Assembly (NCBI RefSeq): GCF_000143415.4
Contig: NW_003314266.1
Coordinates: forward strand, 2,885,964-2,949,963
Direction of reading: 5' to 3'
Source: Selaginella moellendorffii
Taxonomy: Eukaryota > Plantae > Lycopodiophyta
DNA: 64,000 bases
Part shown: positions 48,338 through 61,399 of the stretch, piece by piece
Layout of the letters: every line of letters starts with the position of its first letter
Numbering within the stretch: position 1 is the first letter of the stretch
The notes under the pieces: generated by a model
Seen by the model: the letters and a program-made list of their open reading frames with translations, nothing else
What the model was told of the DNA's origin: nothing
Databases searched by the model: none
Program-made: the position numbers and the translations under genes

Positions 48338-50195
48338 ATGCCTGACTCCGTAGGTCGCTTCCAACGCTTCCATGATTCCATGTTTGTGTCCTTTGAAGGT
48401 GGAACACATCGCGCTCTCGATCCAGTTAAGGACACTCTCGTCGGATCCTTCTTCCAAATCAAGCTCGGCGGAAGTATCAGGGACGTGCCCGAGAGTTTGC
48501 TCATGTACGTCCGGCAGGACTTGGTAGACTTGTACGATGCCCTGCTGACTGACATTGCCGACGGTGAAGACACCCGGAGGGTGTACATCGGCCACCCAGG
48601 AACCGGAAAATCCCTGACGGCCATCCAGCTCTTGTTCCTCTTGCTCAAGCAGCACAGCGCTAACCCAGTGGTGTACTACTCGCATACGGTGTCCCAGGGA
48701 GTTTACCACCTTTTCAAGGGGGGACAGTTCCACTCGCTTCTTAAGTTCGACGCGGTGGCGCGGTACTTAGAGGATCCAGACACGTTCTATATACATGATG
48801 GCAGTGAGGTTTCGGATTCAGGCGGCGTCGAGGCCCGAACCGTGCTAGTAACAAGTCCCAAGGCTAGTGTTTACAAGGAGTTCGCCAAGGCTTCTGGGGG
48901 CTACGACGCTTTTTATGGTCGCTTATGGACTGAAGAGGAGCTGAAAGCATGTCGGGAGCGTTCGTATTCCCGGATACCATGGCAGACAGTCGCGCGGCAT
49001 GTATATATGGCCGGCCCCATTCCCAGGCTCGTCTTCCAGACTGCGGAGAAGTTCAAAACCGTGGTGCGGACCCTGAAGAGCAAGCTAGCTCAGACATCAG
49101 ATCTGCTTTCGGTTTTTTCTTCGATACGCGACCACGACCTGGAGCAATCTTTCTCCCATGACGTAGTGCTTCACTTGGACAGGGGAAACGATTCGTCGGA
49201 AGGTTACACAAAGATTGCTTCGGACTATGTGAAAGAACAGTTGTTGCTACGCCTGGATAAAGAAAAGTGGCTGGAGATGATTGACAAATACACCAATTTG
49301 CAAGGTGTAGGTGGCCTTACTTGTTTCCGGGCCACCGTCCTAGAGCTGCTTATGCACATTACCTTCCCAAGGTTCCTGGGAAAGTGCGAGCGGATCTGCA
49401 GCAAAACGCATCGACATTCAACTGCTGCTCCTGCCAGGATGAATGTGGATGAAGCCGAGGACTTCAAGGTTGTCTTTTATGTGAACTATGAAGACCTGCA
49501 AGCCAAGATCGAAAAGTGCATCGGGGATAAGTGTGCAGCGGCTTACTTCTGGCCGCGTACTAGGTCTGAGGCGGCCATAGATAGCATCTACATCGACTGC
49601 AAACGGAAACAGGCGTATCTTCTCCAAGCCACTGTCTCTAAGAAGCATGTGGTCGTATGGCATCCTGTGAAGTTACTTATGGAGTTTCTGAGCAGCAAGG
49701 CGATCCGGATTGCAGGTCTTTACTTTGTGGTGTCGGACGCGATCTTTTCAGGATTCCGGACTCAAAGGTGGAGGAAAACTCGTGAAGTGAAAGGCGAGTA
49801 TCCTGAGGTGATCAACATCCCCAGCCTTTGTCAGTACAAGCTGGAGTTCTCGGTACTTGAGGACGACTGGAAGAACATCGAAACGCTGAGCGATACCTTG
49901 CGAAACATGGATGACAATTTCAAATTGACACTGGTAAGGTTTGAACTTTATTTTTTTTGCGATTGTCTTGACGGTCGTTGCTAGAGCCTGGAGAAGGATT
50001 TGCCAGAAGAGCATGTCCAGCGCAGGCGTTCTGCTGACAATTCCTCGTCCTCGTCTGTCACGTAAGCCAAGTGACGATTCTTGTTTGATACTCATTGAGG
50101 TGTTTCACAGGATCGAGCCAGAGTGCGAGCTTGACATCACAGAGATAGATGTGGCCGCAGGCGAGCTTTATGAGCAGGACTATGATGAGGAGTAA
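48338..50195 (+). CDS. Crinkler/RHS-type protein: P-loop NTPase plus C-terminal REase-fold domain
   Basis: Walker A YIGHPGTGKS, Walker B-like FYIHDG, TVLVTSP, LWTEEEL, AGPIPRLVF, IASDYV, and REase-like YFWP..SEAAIDSIYID...LLQATVSKKH. A long first exon to 49933 is followed by two small exons (49985-50061, 50111-50195). Confidence 0.8.
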
Positions 50196-50708
50196 CGTAA
50201 ACCTTAAACCCTCAAACTTTTTAAACTTTGCAACCAAATGTTCAAATATTTCATAATGGAATCTAATTAGGGCGTCTTTGAAGACGCTGTGATGAAGAAA
50301 GAGTGGATTCTTCCCGATGAAGACCCAGGAGCATGGTACAATGGTTAAAAATTACATCACATAAGTTTAACGTAATTTTAACTTTATCACCCTTGTGCAT
50401 GCAATTGGGCAGCTGTGAAACATGGTTTGAGAAAGTTTCATGATCCAAAATTTTCCCCAGCCGTAGCAATCCAAAGCTTCTGGAGGAGTTTATTATGACG
50501 TAATGGCTTCACGAACGGCTTTGAGATATCTTCAGTTGCTTTAATGCTAGAAAACACTACTTTGGCCTGCCAGCAGTTCCAGGACGGTCTATACCTCCCA
50601 TCGCTCCATCAGCGCATCGCATGATCCAGGTGGTGATATAAAAAACTGGATAAGAGAAACCCCGTAGCTGTAGCTTTGCATTCGTCCAATCTTCTTATCC
50701 GTTCAGAT

Positions 50709-52090
50709 ATGGTTTTCGTCGAGAGATCCACACTCGTCCGCCCAGCGTCAACAGTCCTCAATGGATTCGGTTTCGGCAACAACACCAAAACGCTGCTGTG
50801 CATCTTCAGCCACATGTACCAGGAGTTTCCATACCGGAACCGCCTCCTCTTCTTCAGGCCGCCTTCGCAACCGTTTTCGAAGATCATCACCCACATGAAA
50901 CAGTCTTTGGCGGCGGCGCTGTCCGAGTTCTACCCTGTCGCTGGCAGGATCTCCGTCCGCAAGGACATGCGAATGCAGCTCGAATGCAACAATCACGGCG
51001 TCATGTTCAGCGAGGCGTCGTGCGATCGCCCACTTCCCGAAGGCGACAAGTTTGATCTGGACCCCGAGTTCCTGCTGGAGCTGTCTCAAGCTCCTGGGCA
51101 CGAGAAGGATCTCAAGTGGCCGTGGCCGGAAGATGCTCCACTCCTTTTCATCCAGGTACACAAGATCTGACAAACTGTATTGAAAGACAATGTTATACTT
51201 TCAAGGTGACCGAGTTTTCGTGCGGAGGCGTCTGCGTGGCGATGAAGTACAGCCACGAGCTCATGGATGGTACAAGTTTCTGGCACTTTATTCAATCCTG
51301 GGCGGAGATCTCTTGTGGAAAACCAATCTCCCAGCCTCCTTATGTGGTTCTATTCCCGATTGGAATCCCACCTAGCGATGCTCCTCCTCCACCAGTTCCC
51401 AGCGGAGGAATGCTCACTCTACTCGATCGAAATGCGCCGGATCCGGGGCTTTTCGGCTACAAGTCCTTCCCGAGAACTCGGAGGTTCCGATTCGGGAAGC
51501 TGAAGATCCAGGCTCTCAATCAGAGAAACCCCGAGTACTCCACATTCCAGCTCCTATCATCGCACATCTGGTGGAAAGTTTGCTTAGCTCGCGGCTTGGG
51601 CGACAAAGACACCACCAAGCTGTTCTTCGCGGTGAATTGCCGAGGGCGATTCCCGCACCTCCCGAAAGAGTATCTCGGCACTCCCGCTGCATGGGCGATG
51701 GCGTCGGCGAAGTGTGGCGAGATGGAATCGCTGGGAATGATCTCCTCGCTCATCAAGAAGACGATCAGGGAGTTTAGCGAGGAGAGCTGGGGCGTGTCGG
51801 CGGGGTTTCTCGAGCACTACGCGGGTGGAGAGTCGAGCGACAAGGCGGTGCTTGATATGAGGCCGGACAGGGACTTGTACATTGGGAGCTCGTTCTATTT
51901 CCCGGTCTTCCACGAGTTCTCGTGGGGGACCCCGTGCGAGATGGCCATGGCGCAAGCTCCAGCGAATGGGCGAATGTATTACTTCCCGGGCAAAGAGAAA
52001 GGCAGCGTGGATCTCTACATCACGCTGCAACACCAGGCAATGGACAAGCTCGAGAACGACGCATCTTTCTGCGACATGCAGGCGAGCTAA
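50709..52090 (+). CDS. BAHD acyltransferase (PF02458), ~443 aa
   Basis: LSEFYPVAGRI, LECNNHGVMFSEA, PLLFIQ|VTEFSCGG with the typical Q-intron (51156-51205), catalytic HELMD (HxxxD), and the DFGWG variant EFSWG. TATA-like motif at ~50636. Confidence 0.92.
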
Positions 52091-52941
52091 GCAGTGACTT
52101 TGCAGATTCTTTTCTGGTAGTTAATAGTTATTGTGTCCAAACTGGATATATACCTTGTTCGTGAGCGTCTTCTCTTTTAATTTCATCTCCAGCTATTGGT
52201 CCCTGCAAAAAGGGAGCTTCTACAGTCTGGAGTAGAAACCATTAAGTTGCATACTTTTTTATACGTTTGTATAGGTATATCTTACGGTTCACAAATTGCG
52301 TATTGAATAAGTACTTCTCATCCATGGCTGGTCGAAGGGAAACATCATGAAGTTAATGAGAACCTGAAAGCAGCTCTTCAACTTATGGCACGAGTGGAAG
52401 TGCCAGGACCACAAGCTGTTTCATACGAAATCGATTACAAAGAGAGATTTATGTCTGAGCAAACACAGAAACCAACACAGTCTCTAGATAGCACCAAGAT
52501 CTTCTCCACCTTAATTGAAGCTTTGTAGATAAAGTTAAGATTTGCAGTTTTTCTTCTTGGAGAATGTAACTTAAAACCCACTAGCATATGCTGTGTATAC
52601 TACAATTCTTTCTTCAGATCCTTCTAAGGCTCTCTCCCCACTTAGTTTGCTTCTAAAATTTTTTTGGAAAGATTGAGTGCTTACTAACGTTCTACTTCAA
52701 GTATTTAGCAGTTTATAATCCATTTGAAGGGAACTAAATAACATCCAATCCATCAAAATCAACTATAACAACACTTAAGCCATCCGATGACTTTGATGTG
52801 TTTCTGTTTTTCAGTGAAGAGTTACTAGGGGTTGATCTTTTCCATGAAAACAAGACGATTAAGAGATCGCTTGCCCTAGCAGAGAATCTTCTAAAACTGA
52901 AGGCATCGCAAAGGTGAAATAAAATTCTGGCAGTTTGGAAT

Positions 52942-54744
52942 TTGGATTCATGGCGGCATCGCTTCTTTCTTCGGACGATGGTACATTGCTGTTTCCACAA
53001 ACGATCCAACACGACTGCCTTGTATCCCAACACTGGAATCATCCCCACCCGCCAGAGCCAAGGCAGGCAGCTCTTCGACAAGCAGCGCTCCTCGCTTGCC
53101 CCGCGCCAGCGCCATCTCGATCGATTCCTGCTCTCCCCACTCGAGGAGCAGCAGCAAAGCCTCCAAATCCATGAGCGCCTCGCCCACATTTCTCCCAATG
53201 GAGATATCTCGGCCTACATCTCGCTCCTGCAGGACTGCCGCTCGCTCGAGCAGGGCAGGGCAATCCACCGGCACATCGCCCACAGCAAGGTGGCGGGCGA
53301 GCCGTACGTGCACAATCTCCTGCTCAAAATGTACGGCAGGTGCCGCCGTCCCGGCGAGGCGCGACTCGTTTTTGATTCCATGCCCCTCAAGAACAGCTTC
53401 TCCTGGAATCTGATGCTCACCGCATATTCCCAGGCAGGGCATCTGGAGGAGGCGAGGACGCTCTTTGATTCCCTGCCTCACCCAGACACAGTGGCCTCGA
53501 ATATCATGCTGGCCATGTACGGTAAGTACGGCAGGACGAACGAGGCTGCGGAGCTGTTTTCTGAAATGCCCGTACGAGATGCCGTTGCATGGAACACTCT
53601 GATGACAGCATATGCCCAATCCGGGCATTTTGAAGAGGCACTTTCTCTGTACAGGAGCTCTTGCCTTGAAGGCTTGCGGCACGACCACATTGCGTTCATA
53701 AGCGTATTGGAGGCCTGTTCGCGGCTAAAAGCTCTTGAGGAGGGCAGGAGAATCCACCATGCTGCTGCAGCAATCGGCTGTGGTGCAAATCTCAAGGTCG
53801 TGACAGCAATCGTGAATTTCTACTCCAGGTGTGATCAACTTGATGAGGCCAGGAAAGCCTTTGATGGTGCCCCGGAGAAGGATGCCTTCTTGTGGACGGC
53901 CATGGTTACAGCATATGCCCAGGCAGGGCATCTGCAGGATTCTGAGGATCTCTTTGCTCAGATGCCTGACAAAGATGCCGTGTCGTGGACGGCGATGATG
54001 GCAGCATATTCCCGGAACGGGCATCCCACTCAAGCTCTACGAGTGTTCCGCCAGATGGATCTGGAAGGAATCCACCCAACCGGTATCACTTTCATCACGG
54101 CTTTGGATGCCTGCGCGATGATCCCATCGCTAGCGCTCGGCCGGATCATTGCCGCCACCATCTACTTTGTAGAGCCCAGGTTGGAGCCCGCGATCCAGAG
54201 CTGCTTGCTCCAGCTCTACGGCAGATGCGGCGCTCTGGGCGATGCCAAGGCCGTGTTTGATTCCATGCGCGACCGCAACGTCGTGACTTGGAGCTCGATC
54301 ATTGCCGCGAATGCCCAGAATGGACAGGGCCATCGTGCACTGGAGCTTTTCTACTCGATGCTCCTCGACGGTGTTCTTCCCGTGGAGATCACGCTGATCA
54401 GCGTTCTTCACGCCTGCTGCCACTCGGGACTCTCCGGGAACGCTCCGCAGTTTTTCCAGTCCATTGCCTCGGATTTCGAGCTGCAGCCCATTGCGGACCA
54501 CTTCGTTTGCGTGATCGACGTGTTTGGGCGATCCGGGGAGATCGAAAATGCCGCGGACTTGATCGCGAGCATGCCGTTTGAGCCCAATGCGGTGGCGTGG
54601 ACAATTCTTTTGAATGCTTGCAGGATGCACAAGGATGTGGAGAGGGCCAAGAGAATCACCGACAGGATCGTGAGGCTCGATGGGTCGTGGCAGTATGCTC
54701 TCCTCACGGGCATTCACGCCGATAACGAAAAGGTGGTAAATTAA
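52942..54744 (+). CDS. PLS-class PPR protein (partial E domain)
   Basis: 600-aa intronless ORF with LLKMYGRC, DAVSWTAMMAAYSRNG, HFVCVIDVFGRSG and PNAVAWTILLNACRMH. The true start may be a downstream ATG. Confidence 0.9.
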   Translation: MDSWRHRFFLRTMVHCCFHKRSNTTALYPNTGIIPTRQSQGRQLFDKQRSSLAPRQRHLDRFLLSPLEEQQQSLQIHERLAHISPNGDISAYISLLQDCRSLEQGRAIHRHIAHSKVAGEPYVHNLLLKMYGRCRRPGEARLVFDSMPLKNSFSWNLMLTAYSQAGHLEEARTLFDSLPHPDTVASNIMLAMYGKYGRTNEAAELFSEMPVRDAVAWNTLMTAYAQSGHFEEALSLYRSSCLEGLRHDHIAFISVLEACSRLKALEEGRRIHHAAAAIGCGANLKVVTAIVNFYSRCDQLDEARKAFDGAPEKDAFLWTAMVTAYAQAGHLQDSEDLFAQMPDKDAVSWTAMMAAYSRNGHPTQALRVFRQMDLEGIHPTGITFITALDACAMIPSLALGRIIAATIYFVEPRLEPAIQSCLLQLYGRCGALGDAKAVFDSMRDRNVVTWSSIIAANAQNGQGHRALELFYSMLLDGVLPVEITLISVLHACCHSGLSGNAPQFFQSIASDFELQPIADHFVCVIDVFGRSGEIENAADLIASMPFEPNAVAWTILLNACRMHKDVERAKRITDRIVRLDGSWQYALLTGIHADNEKVVN

Positions 54745-54967
54745 AACCCTGCATTCTTCCGTGGCAGGGAACTATTCTAGCAGTACATTGGGTTATGGAT
54801 ATTAGTTTAATTTCTCTTTAAAACAACAGAGAAATATTATTGCAACAACTTATTTTCGAATATGTACATAACTTTTTTAAATTATGAAAAAATTATGGGA
54901 GCTACAACAATGTAATGTTCGTAAATTTACACAAAAAATGCATATTGTTTTCTGCAAGATGGATCAT

Positions 54968-55824
54968 TCAGCGCTGCAAAATAATCTGATGCTCGCCATC
55001 CTGCCCGCAAAGAACATATTTTTTAGGAAACAGAGAAAGCAGAAATCTTAAAGATCAAAGAAAAGTCTCACCTTGGTATCCTCAAACAACGACGAGAAGT
55101 AAACCGGATCATAGATGGATCCAGCCAGGGTCTCGCTTTGCGAAGCTTGGCTCTCATCCGGCCAGAAGGGCTCCGATCCCGGGACCTCGCCGAGGGTGGC
55201 AAGGCGCGCATCGAAGTTAACTGGCTGATACGAGGCAACATCATACGACGAGAAGCCTTCCCGGATCAATGGAAACCAGATGAATGCCGAGATCACGCGG
55301 GCAATGGAGCTCGTGGCTTGGAGTCCCAGGAATATATACAGCGCCATAGCCGAGAGCTTTCCAGGAGCAATGTTCCTGATGAAACAAGCCGTAAAGCTCT
55401 GAGGAATGCGAGAAAAAACTTTTCTACCTGAGCTCATTGGCGACGAGGACGAACCAAGAAACGTCGAGGAGAAGGTTGCATCCCATGAGGACGAGATAGA
55501 TTCGAAGCAAAACTTGGATTCCACTCTCGATGGCTATGAGAGCGAAGAGGGCGATGGCCAATTCCGCCACGGGAACTCCAGTGTAGAGCTTGCTTAGCGA
55601 GCCGAGCAATGCGCACCCAATCTAGAAGCTCAAGGATGAATTTGAAAAAAAGAAATGGAGATCTCTCCCTCCTTGTCTTTGGTATCTACCTGGATGTAGA
55701 TTAGCGCTGTTCCAAGCGATTGCAGATGCTCCGGAACGAGCAGCCATTCGCGAATCCCTTGCAGCAGATTCCCACATTGCAGTGCCCCGGGACACTCACC
55801 TGGCCAATGCCGCCAACCACGCAT
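54968..55824 (-). CDS. Conserved plant multi-pass membrane protein of unknown function
   Basis: Spliced LQSLGTALIYIQ|IGCALLGSLSKLYTGV..LAIALFALIAIESG...LLLDVSWF and C-terminal LAGSIYDPVYFSSLFED, resembling an uncharacterised angiosperm TM family. Confidence 0.72.
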
Positions 55825-57655
55825 AGCCTCATCGTCTTCTCACACCATAGCCAAGCCCTAATACCAAGCAGTATATTCGCACATCATTTAGCTATTCTAA
55901 TAGTATTTCAACTAGCAAAGATCCCAGCTCCGCTGGGAGATATAGCATACCCAAGAAAAATAAATTTTCTTTTCTAATTTTACGCATTCAAAAAGCATTA
56001 AAACATTTTGAAAATTTTAATAATTTGCTATAAGATTGTCTATAGCAAAACAATTCAAATAATATACAGCTAAAAATCTAGAAAATTAAAATTTCAAAAT
56101 ACATATCTATTAAATTATTCAAGACTACTTACTATTCAGTAATTATATAAAAGGGAACATTATTATTGATTAATTTAGATTATTAAAATATAAACGTTTC
56201 AAATATAAAAATGGATCTAAGACATAACTATATATATATTAAGATTTTTTTTATATGATATATTATTTAACATTTTAAAACATACTATAAATATGTAAAT
56301 TTTTTATTTAAGTTTTTAATTTAGTATTAAAATTGCTGTATTAAGATTATCATTTGTCAGTAAAGTGTTACTAATGCATTATAATTCTCAATAGTTCTTC
56401 ATTTTCTTGTATCAAAACTTATATTATTGATACTTAAATTTTAATCAAAATAATAAAATTATTAAAATATTTAAATGAAAACTATAATAACAATTGACAT
56501 TTGTTAAAATTATAATAAAACATATCATTGACAACACATATATAAACAATTGTTAAAAAACATTATAGATAATATTTACAGCTATAACTTATATGAATTT
56601 TAGGAACAACATTTTAGTTAACTCTAAACATGAAACCTAATTATGATTCTGAAAAATGATTCATTAATAATGATTTCTTTTATAAATTTAGCATTGTGTA
56701 TTTTAAGCACTAAAATGGGTTTTTTTAGCACTAATTATTTCTCTAAAAAACTAAAATAATTTATTTTATAAATTAAATGCTAATTTATATTTCAAAACAA
56801 TAGCACTCTTATACTTTCTTTCTTTACTCAAATACTCCATTATATATTTTTTATTAAAAAAATGTAAGATCTAACGATTAATTATTATTTTAACATTCAA
56901 AATTACTATTTGCTATAGTATCATATATACCCTATATTTATCATCTGGAAAAACCCATTTAGCAATTTCATTTTATTAGCACTATCTACATCCCTTGGAG
57001 CTACAAAATGCAAAATCTAAGTAATACAAAATATTCAGAAGTCCCAAATCCACACCTTTCAAATTATCATTTGATTTATGTTTTTATGCACATATTTTAT
57101 AAGTGTTATTGATTTTGAAACTGCATTGGGCATATTTAAGAAAATCATATAAATTTTTTATAGAACTTGACTTAATCTATAATAATAATATTAAAAATAG
57201 ATTATAATACTATAGAATGAAATATGTGAATAATCATGGCAAAAAGTTTAAAGAGATTTTCTCCATAGTGGGTTTATTATTCTTCAGATTTGTTGAGAAG
57301 CTAATTGAGTTTTTTCACGGATGGAATTCTTGTTAATTAATATGACTGTTGATTACAATTAGTTATACAACACTACCAGTAATTAAATCCAGAAAGAAAT
57401 GTTAAGAACAAATATATGAAATAACATTATTATATTCATAGTAAGATCTAAACTTTTTAGCAGAAAATTGTATTAAAGATGAGATCTTTAAACCCATTGC
57501 TATCTATCAAAATGAATGTCCAAAGTTTATCACAGTAACTCACAAAAAAGTAGTGAAGTTAATGTATACAAAGAAATTGAGATTGTAGAGCTGAAGTTTG
57601 TTAATTCTTCAAGTGTCATTACAATTAGTTAGTGAATCTGAATAATAAATTACTG

Positions 57656-57944
57656 ATGCTTTATTTCGTTAAAGTGGGACTTTTCATTATCCCACTTATG
57701 GTGTGTGGCCACATGCCATTTTTATAACAACAATAAAAAATTAAAGTTTTAGCTATATAATTTATAAATTAAAAACTTTTCATATGATTTTATGTTATAA
57801 TATTGTGAAATATAAAAAAATAAATTAAAAAACAGATAGAAATATTAATAAATATTAATTAAGTACTAGGAAATGGCATGTGGACACATGCTAATTAATA
57901 TCCCACTTTTGCTGAATAAGTCCCACTTTAACGAAATAAAGCAT
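57656..57944. mobile_element. MITE-like element (289 bp) with 27-bp perfect TIRs and apparent 4-bp TSD ACTG
   Basis: atgctttatttcgttaaagtgggactt (57656-57682) has its exact reverse complement at 57918-57944. ACTG flanks both ends, and there is a second internal inverted repeat (ccacatgccattt / aaatggcatgtgg). Confidence 0.8.
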
Positions 57945-58399
57945 ACTGGCACTAAATAATATAATGAAATTTTAATAAACAATTATATACTCATCATGAT
58001 TAGATGTCATTGCTTTCAGTTTTACCTAGCTATTTAGTTTTCTTTTTCCTTTATTTCCTCATCTTTCAAATGCCAAAAGTCTTAGAGAAAACCTTATTAT
58101 GATAAATAACTCTTCAAAAGAGTAATTGCAAAAGGTATATTTTTTAACTTTTTAAATTAATGCATATAAAAGAAAATAAATTTGCAATATAAATCCATGA
58201 ATCCCTGTCAGGATTAAAGATTTTCATTAAAGAAAATAAGAGTTAATGAATTCTTTATGGTCACATCAACCAGTGCATTACACTAATAGTACAACATCTC
58301 ATACCATAATTTTCACATTAAATATAAATGTATAAATGTATAAAAATATTTAATGTGTATAAATAAGTGTATGAAAAACATAAAAATGCTCATAAAAGT

Positions 58400-58814
58400 T
58401 CTCATATAACTGTTTTCAAGCATGAAAAACTTTCAAACAATGAGGTCATATAAGTCTAAAATAATATGAAAACTGAACATCAATTATAAACATAATTACA
58501 TTTTTAAATTATTAACTTATTATTTAAAAACATAGATGTATATAATAGTATTAACATATTTTCTTTATGATAATATATTTATAGTAATATAATATCATTA
58601 CAGATATATTATATACATAAGGTTAATTTCTTTTGTATTTGCATTTCTAAAAAATAAACTTTTTTTTTATCAAACTTATCATTTTTAATTAAAGGGTTAT
58701 TATTTTCATTTTATTGACTCTACTTGATGATTCTCTTGTATTATCAATAAGATTGTTCAGCTCTAGATTTGAAAGAACATAAAACTAAAATTTATAAAAT
58801 TAGATCTAACATAC

Positions 58815-58877
<63 letters not shown>

Positions 58878-59420
58878 TAATTAAAATATATTCTATATTT
58901 CAAGAACCACTAAATTTTAAATTTTATTATTAATTGTAAGGAGAAAATTAAATTATTTTTCAAAGTTCTCTATATAGCTGTTTTTAAGCATGGAAAACTT
59001 TCAGAAAATGAGATCATGTGGAACATTGATTGTAAACATAATTAAATTATAATATTATTAAGTTATTAATTAAAAACATAGATTAGCAAATGACCATGTA
59101 CGTAATAATATTAATATACCTTATATATGATATTGTGTTTATGAAAATATTTTAATATTGTGAATATAAAAATATACATAATGTTAATTGTTTTGTATTT
59201 TCATTTCCAGAAAATATAATTTTTTGTATCAATCTTATCATTTATGAGTAAAGTGATTTTTTCACATCTTATCAACTCTACTTCATGATTGTCTTGTATT
59301 AGAAATTATATTTTTAAAACCTAGATATTAAAGAACATAAAACTAAAAATTATAAATTTAATCTAATATACTACGATATCCATGAATAGTTAAAAAGAAA
59401 TTCTATATTGCAAGAACTAC
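58400..59420. repeat. Diverged tandem duplication of a ~500-570 bp AT-rich unit, with (TA)n in copy 1
   Basis: ctgttttcaagcatgaaaaactttca (~58410) matches ctgtttttaagcatggaaaactttca (~58978), and aagaacataaaactaaaa occurs at ~58773 and ~59331. Confidence 0.75.
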
Positions 59421-59674
59421 TGCTTTCTTCTAGCTGTAAGAAATTTTTCACTTTATTAATACTATAGAATACTATTATCTAGATAAAATATAAAATCTAT
59501 TTCCAAGGTAAATTATAAAAGAAAAACATAATTTCAGCTGGGATTTATATTATATATAACATGGATGTTGTGGATAATGCTAATCTTGAAGACTAAAAAT
59601 TATTTTAAAATTATTCTGACTTATAAAGATATTTATATTTGAGATATCCTCGAGAATGTTTTTTTTCATTATTT

Positions 59675-59720
<46 letters not shown>

Positions 59721-61399
59721 ATTGATCTTTTTATTATTATTATTATATTATAAAATAGAAACCTGTATTGTCATAAAAGTGTGAAAATGTCATCATGCAT
59801 GACAAAATTCCATTTTGCTTTGTTACTGCTCTATTCCCAATTTCCAAAGCATATCATTAATATTACTGTAATAGTAATATAACTATTCAGTAGCTACATT
59901 ATCAATAATTAAAAAGCTGTATTATTTTAATTTATTAAGATTATTGTGAAAGTTTTTAAATTTTTTAATATCATCATTTAAATTTATCATGGGAGGACCC
60001 TAGCATAAATTCTAACTTTTTATTTTTTTAAGCTATCTACCATTTGTATGACATGTGGTTTGTCCTTTTTCTCTTTGGAACTGCAGAAGGTAGCTTGAGT
60101 TTTTCTTTCATCTCTGAGAAGAAGCTAACAAAGCTTTTGCTTGTAGTAACCCGAGCATAGATGGTGAAAACTGGTGGCAAGGCCATGCATATGCTACTCA
60201 ATTCCCAGCCAAGGCACTCTTAAAAGGATTGATTCACCAGGTTTAATATTTGTACCATCACAAGACTCCCTGCAAGCTGACTTGGTCACTCGGAGAAATT
60301 GAGAGACAGTCTACTTCATGATTGAGTTGAAGGAACTCAAGTTGGTTGTTTGGTTGTAGTTGCTGTTTGTGGGATTGAAACACCAGAGGATCTTCTCATA
60401 GATGGTCTGGGACATGAATGCATCCTTGCCAACACTGATTTTTAGGGGTTGTTCATGTAAGTAGTACTCATTTCCTACAAGTTTGGTACTCTACGCAGGT
60501 TGGGTCATTTGTTTGACACAGCGAGGCGTGAAATCTCATCGTTAACTCCTCACTATGGCCATGTCGATGTGGTGGCAGCAGCCAGAGAGCTTGCCTTCAA
60601 GCTAGACAGCCCGAGCTTCAGGTTTTGAAAGAAAAAAAACGCTTGCTCTTTGCTTTGGTTTTTTTTACTTCCATACTTGGTCCCAGTGGGAGTGTGAAAG
60701 CTTTTCTCTCAGATTTACCAGACACTTGCTGGGCGGGAATGATGGTACATATGCATGAGTTTTTCGTATATTGTTTTTCAATCTCTTTCTCTTTCTTGAG
60801 CAACTATGACAGTGCTTTCCAGAACTTACACACTCATGGCACTTCTTCTTTTAAGAAAAGAAACTCTACTATATCATTCACCACTATAGTGTTCAGAAAA
60901 TACTAATAATGTCACTAATAATCATGATTTTGAGAAGTAAGACCATTGTTATTACTCTCGTTACCACAGGCTGATGGTTCATTCAGATGAGATTGTCAGT
61001 AAATTTTCATGAGTTTATATGCCTAAGCAGACGTATTTGCTTATGGCAAGGTCAGTAAGGAATCTCTCGTGTTCTTTCATGGTCTAAATGTTTCTTTCTT
61101 TATATCCCCAAGGAACCTTGAGCAGAAGGTGTTCTGGATTATTTGATTCCTCATAGAGTAAGTTCCTGAAGGTTCTTTTTGCTGCACTCTACAGTTACCT
61201 TGTTCTTGCAGACTTTCACAGGAAACCGTCCATCCCTAAGTGTGCTGTATTATAGATCCAGATTACAAATGATCAAATCCAGATTTTGATTTGATATCAA
61301 GTGATGTTATCAAATTATCATCTATGTGCTGTTATCTTCAAAGATGTAGGCAATAACAGCATCAATGCAGGGAAGAATGCTGTATCCAGTGTCCGGTTC

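Noticed and set aside
46360-50195. Microbial contamination as the source of the ICS and Crinkler-like genes
   Set aside because: Both have host-sized GT-AG introns and lie seamlessly between typical plant genes with no gap. Read-level confirmation is still advisable.
50196-50220. Telomere-like taaaccttaaaccct after the Crinkler-like gene, and tagggtttt before it, as possible element termini
   Set aside because: Too short and degenerate. AAACCCTA telo-box motifs flank many ordinary genes in this window.
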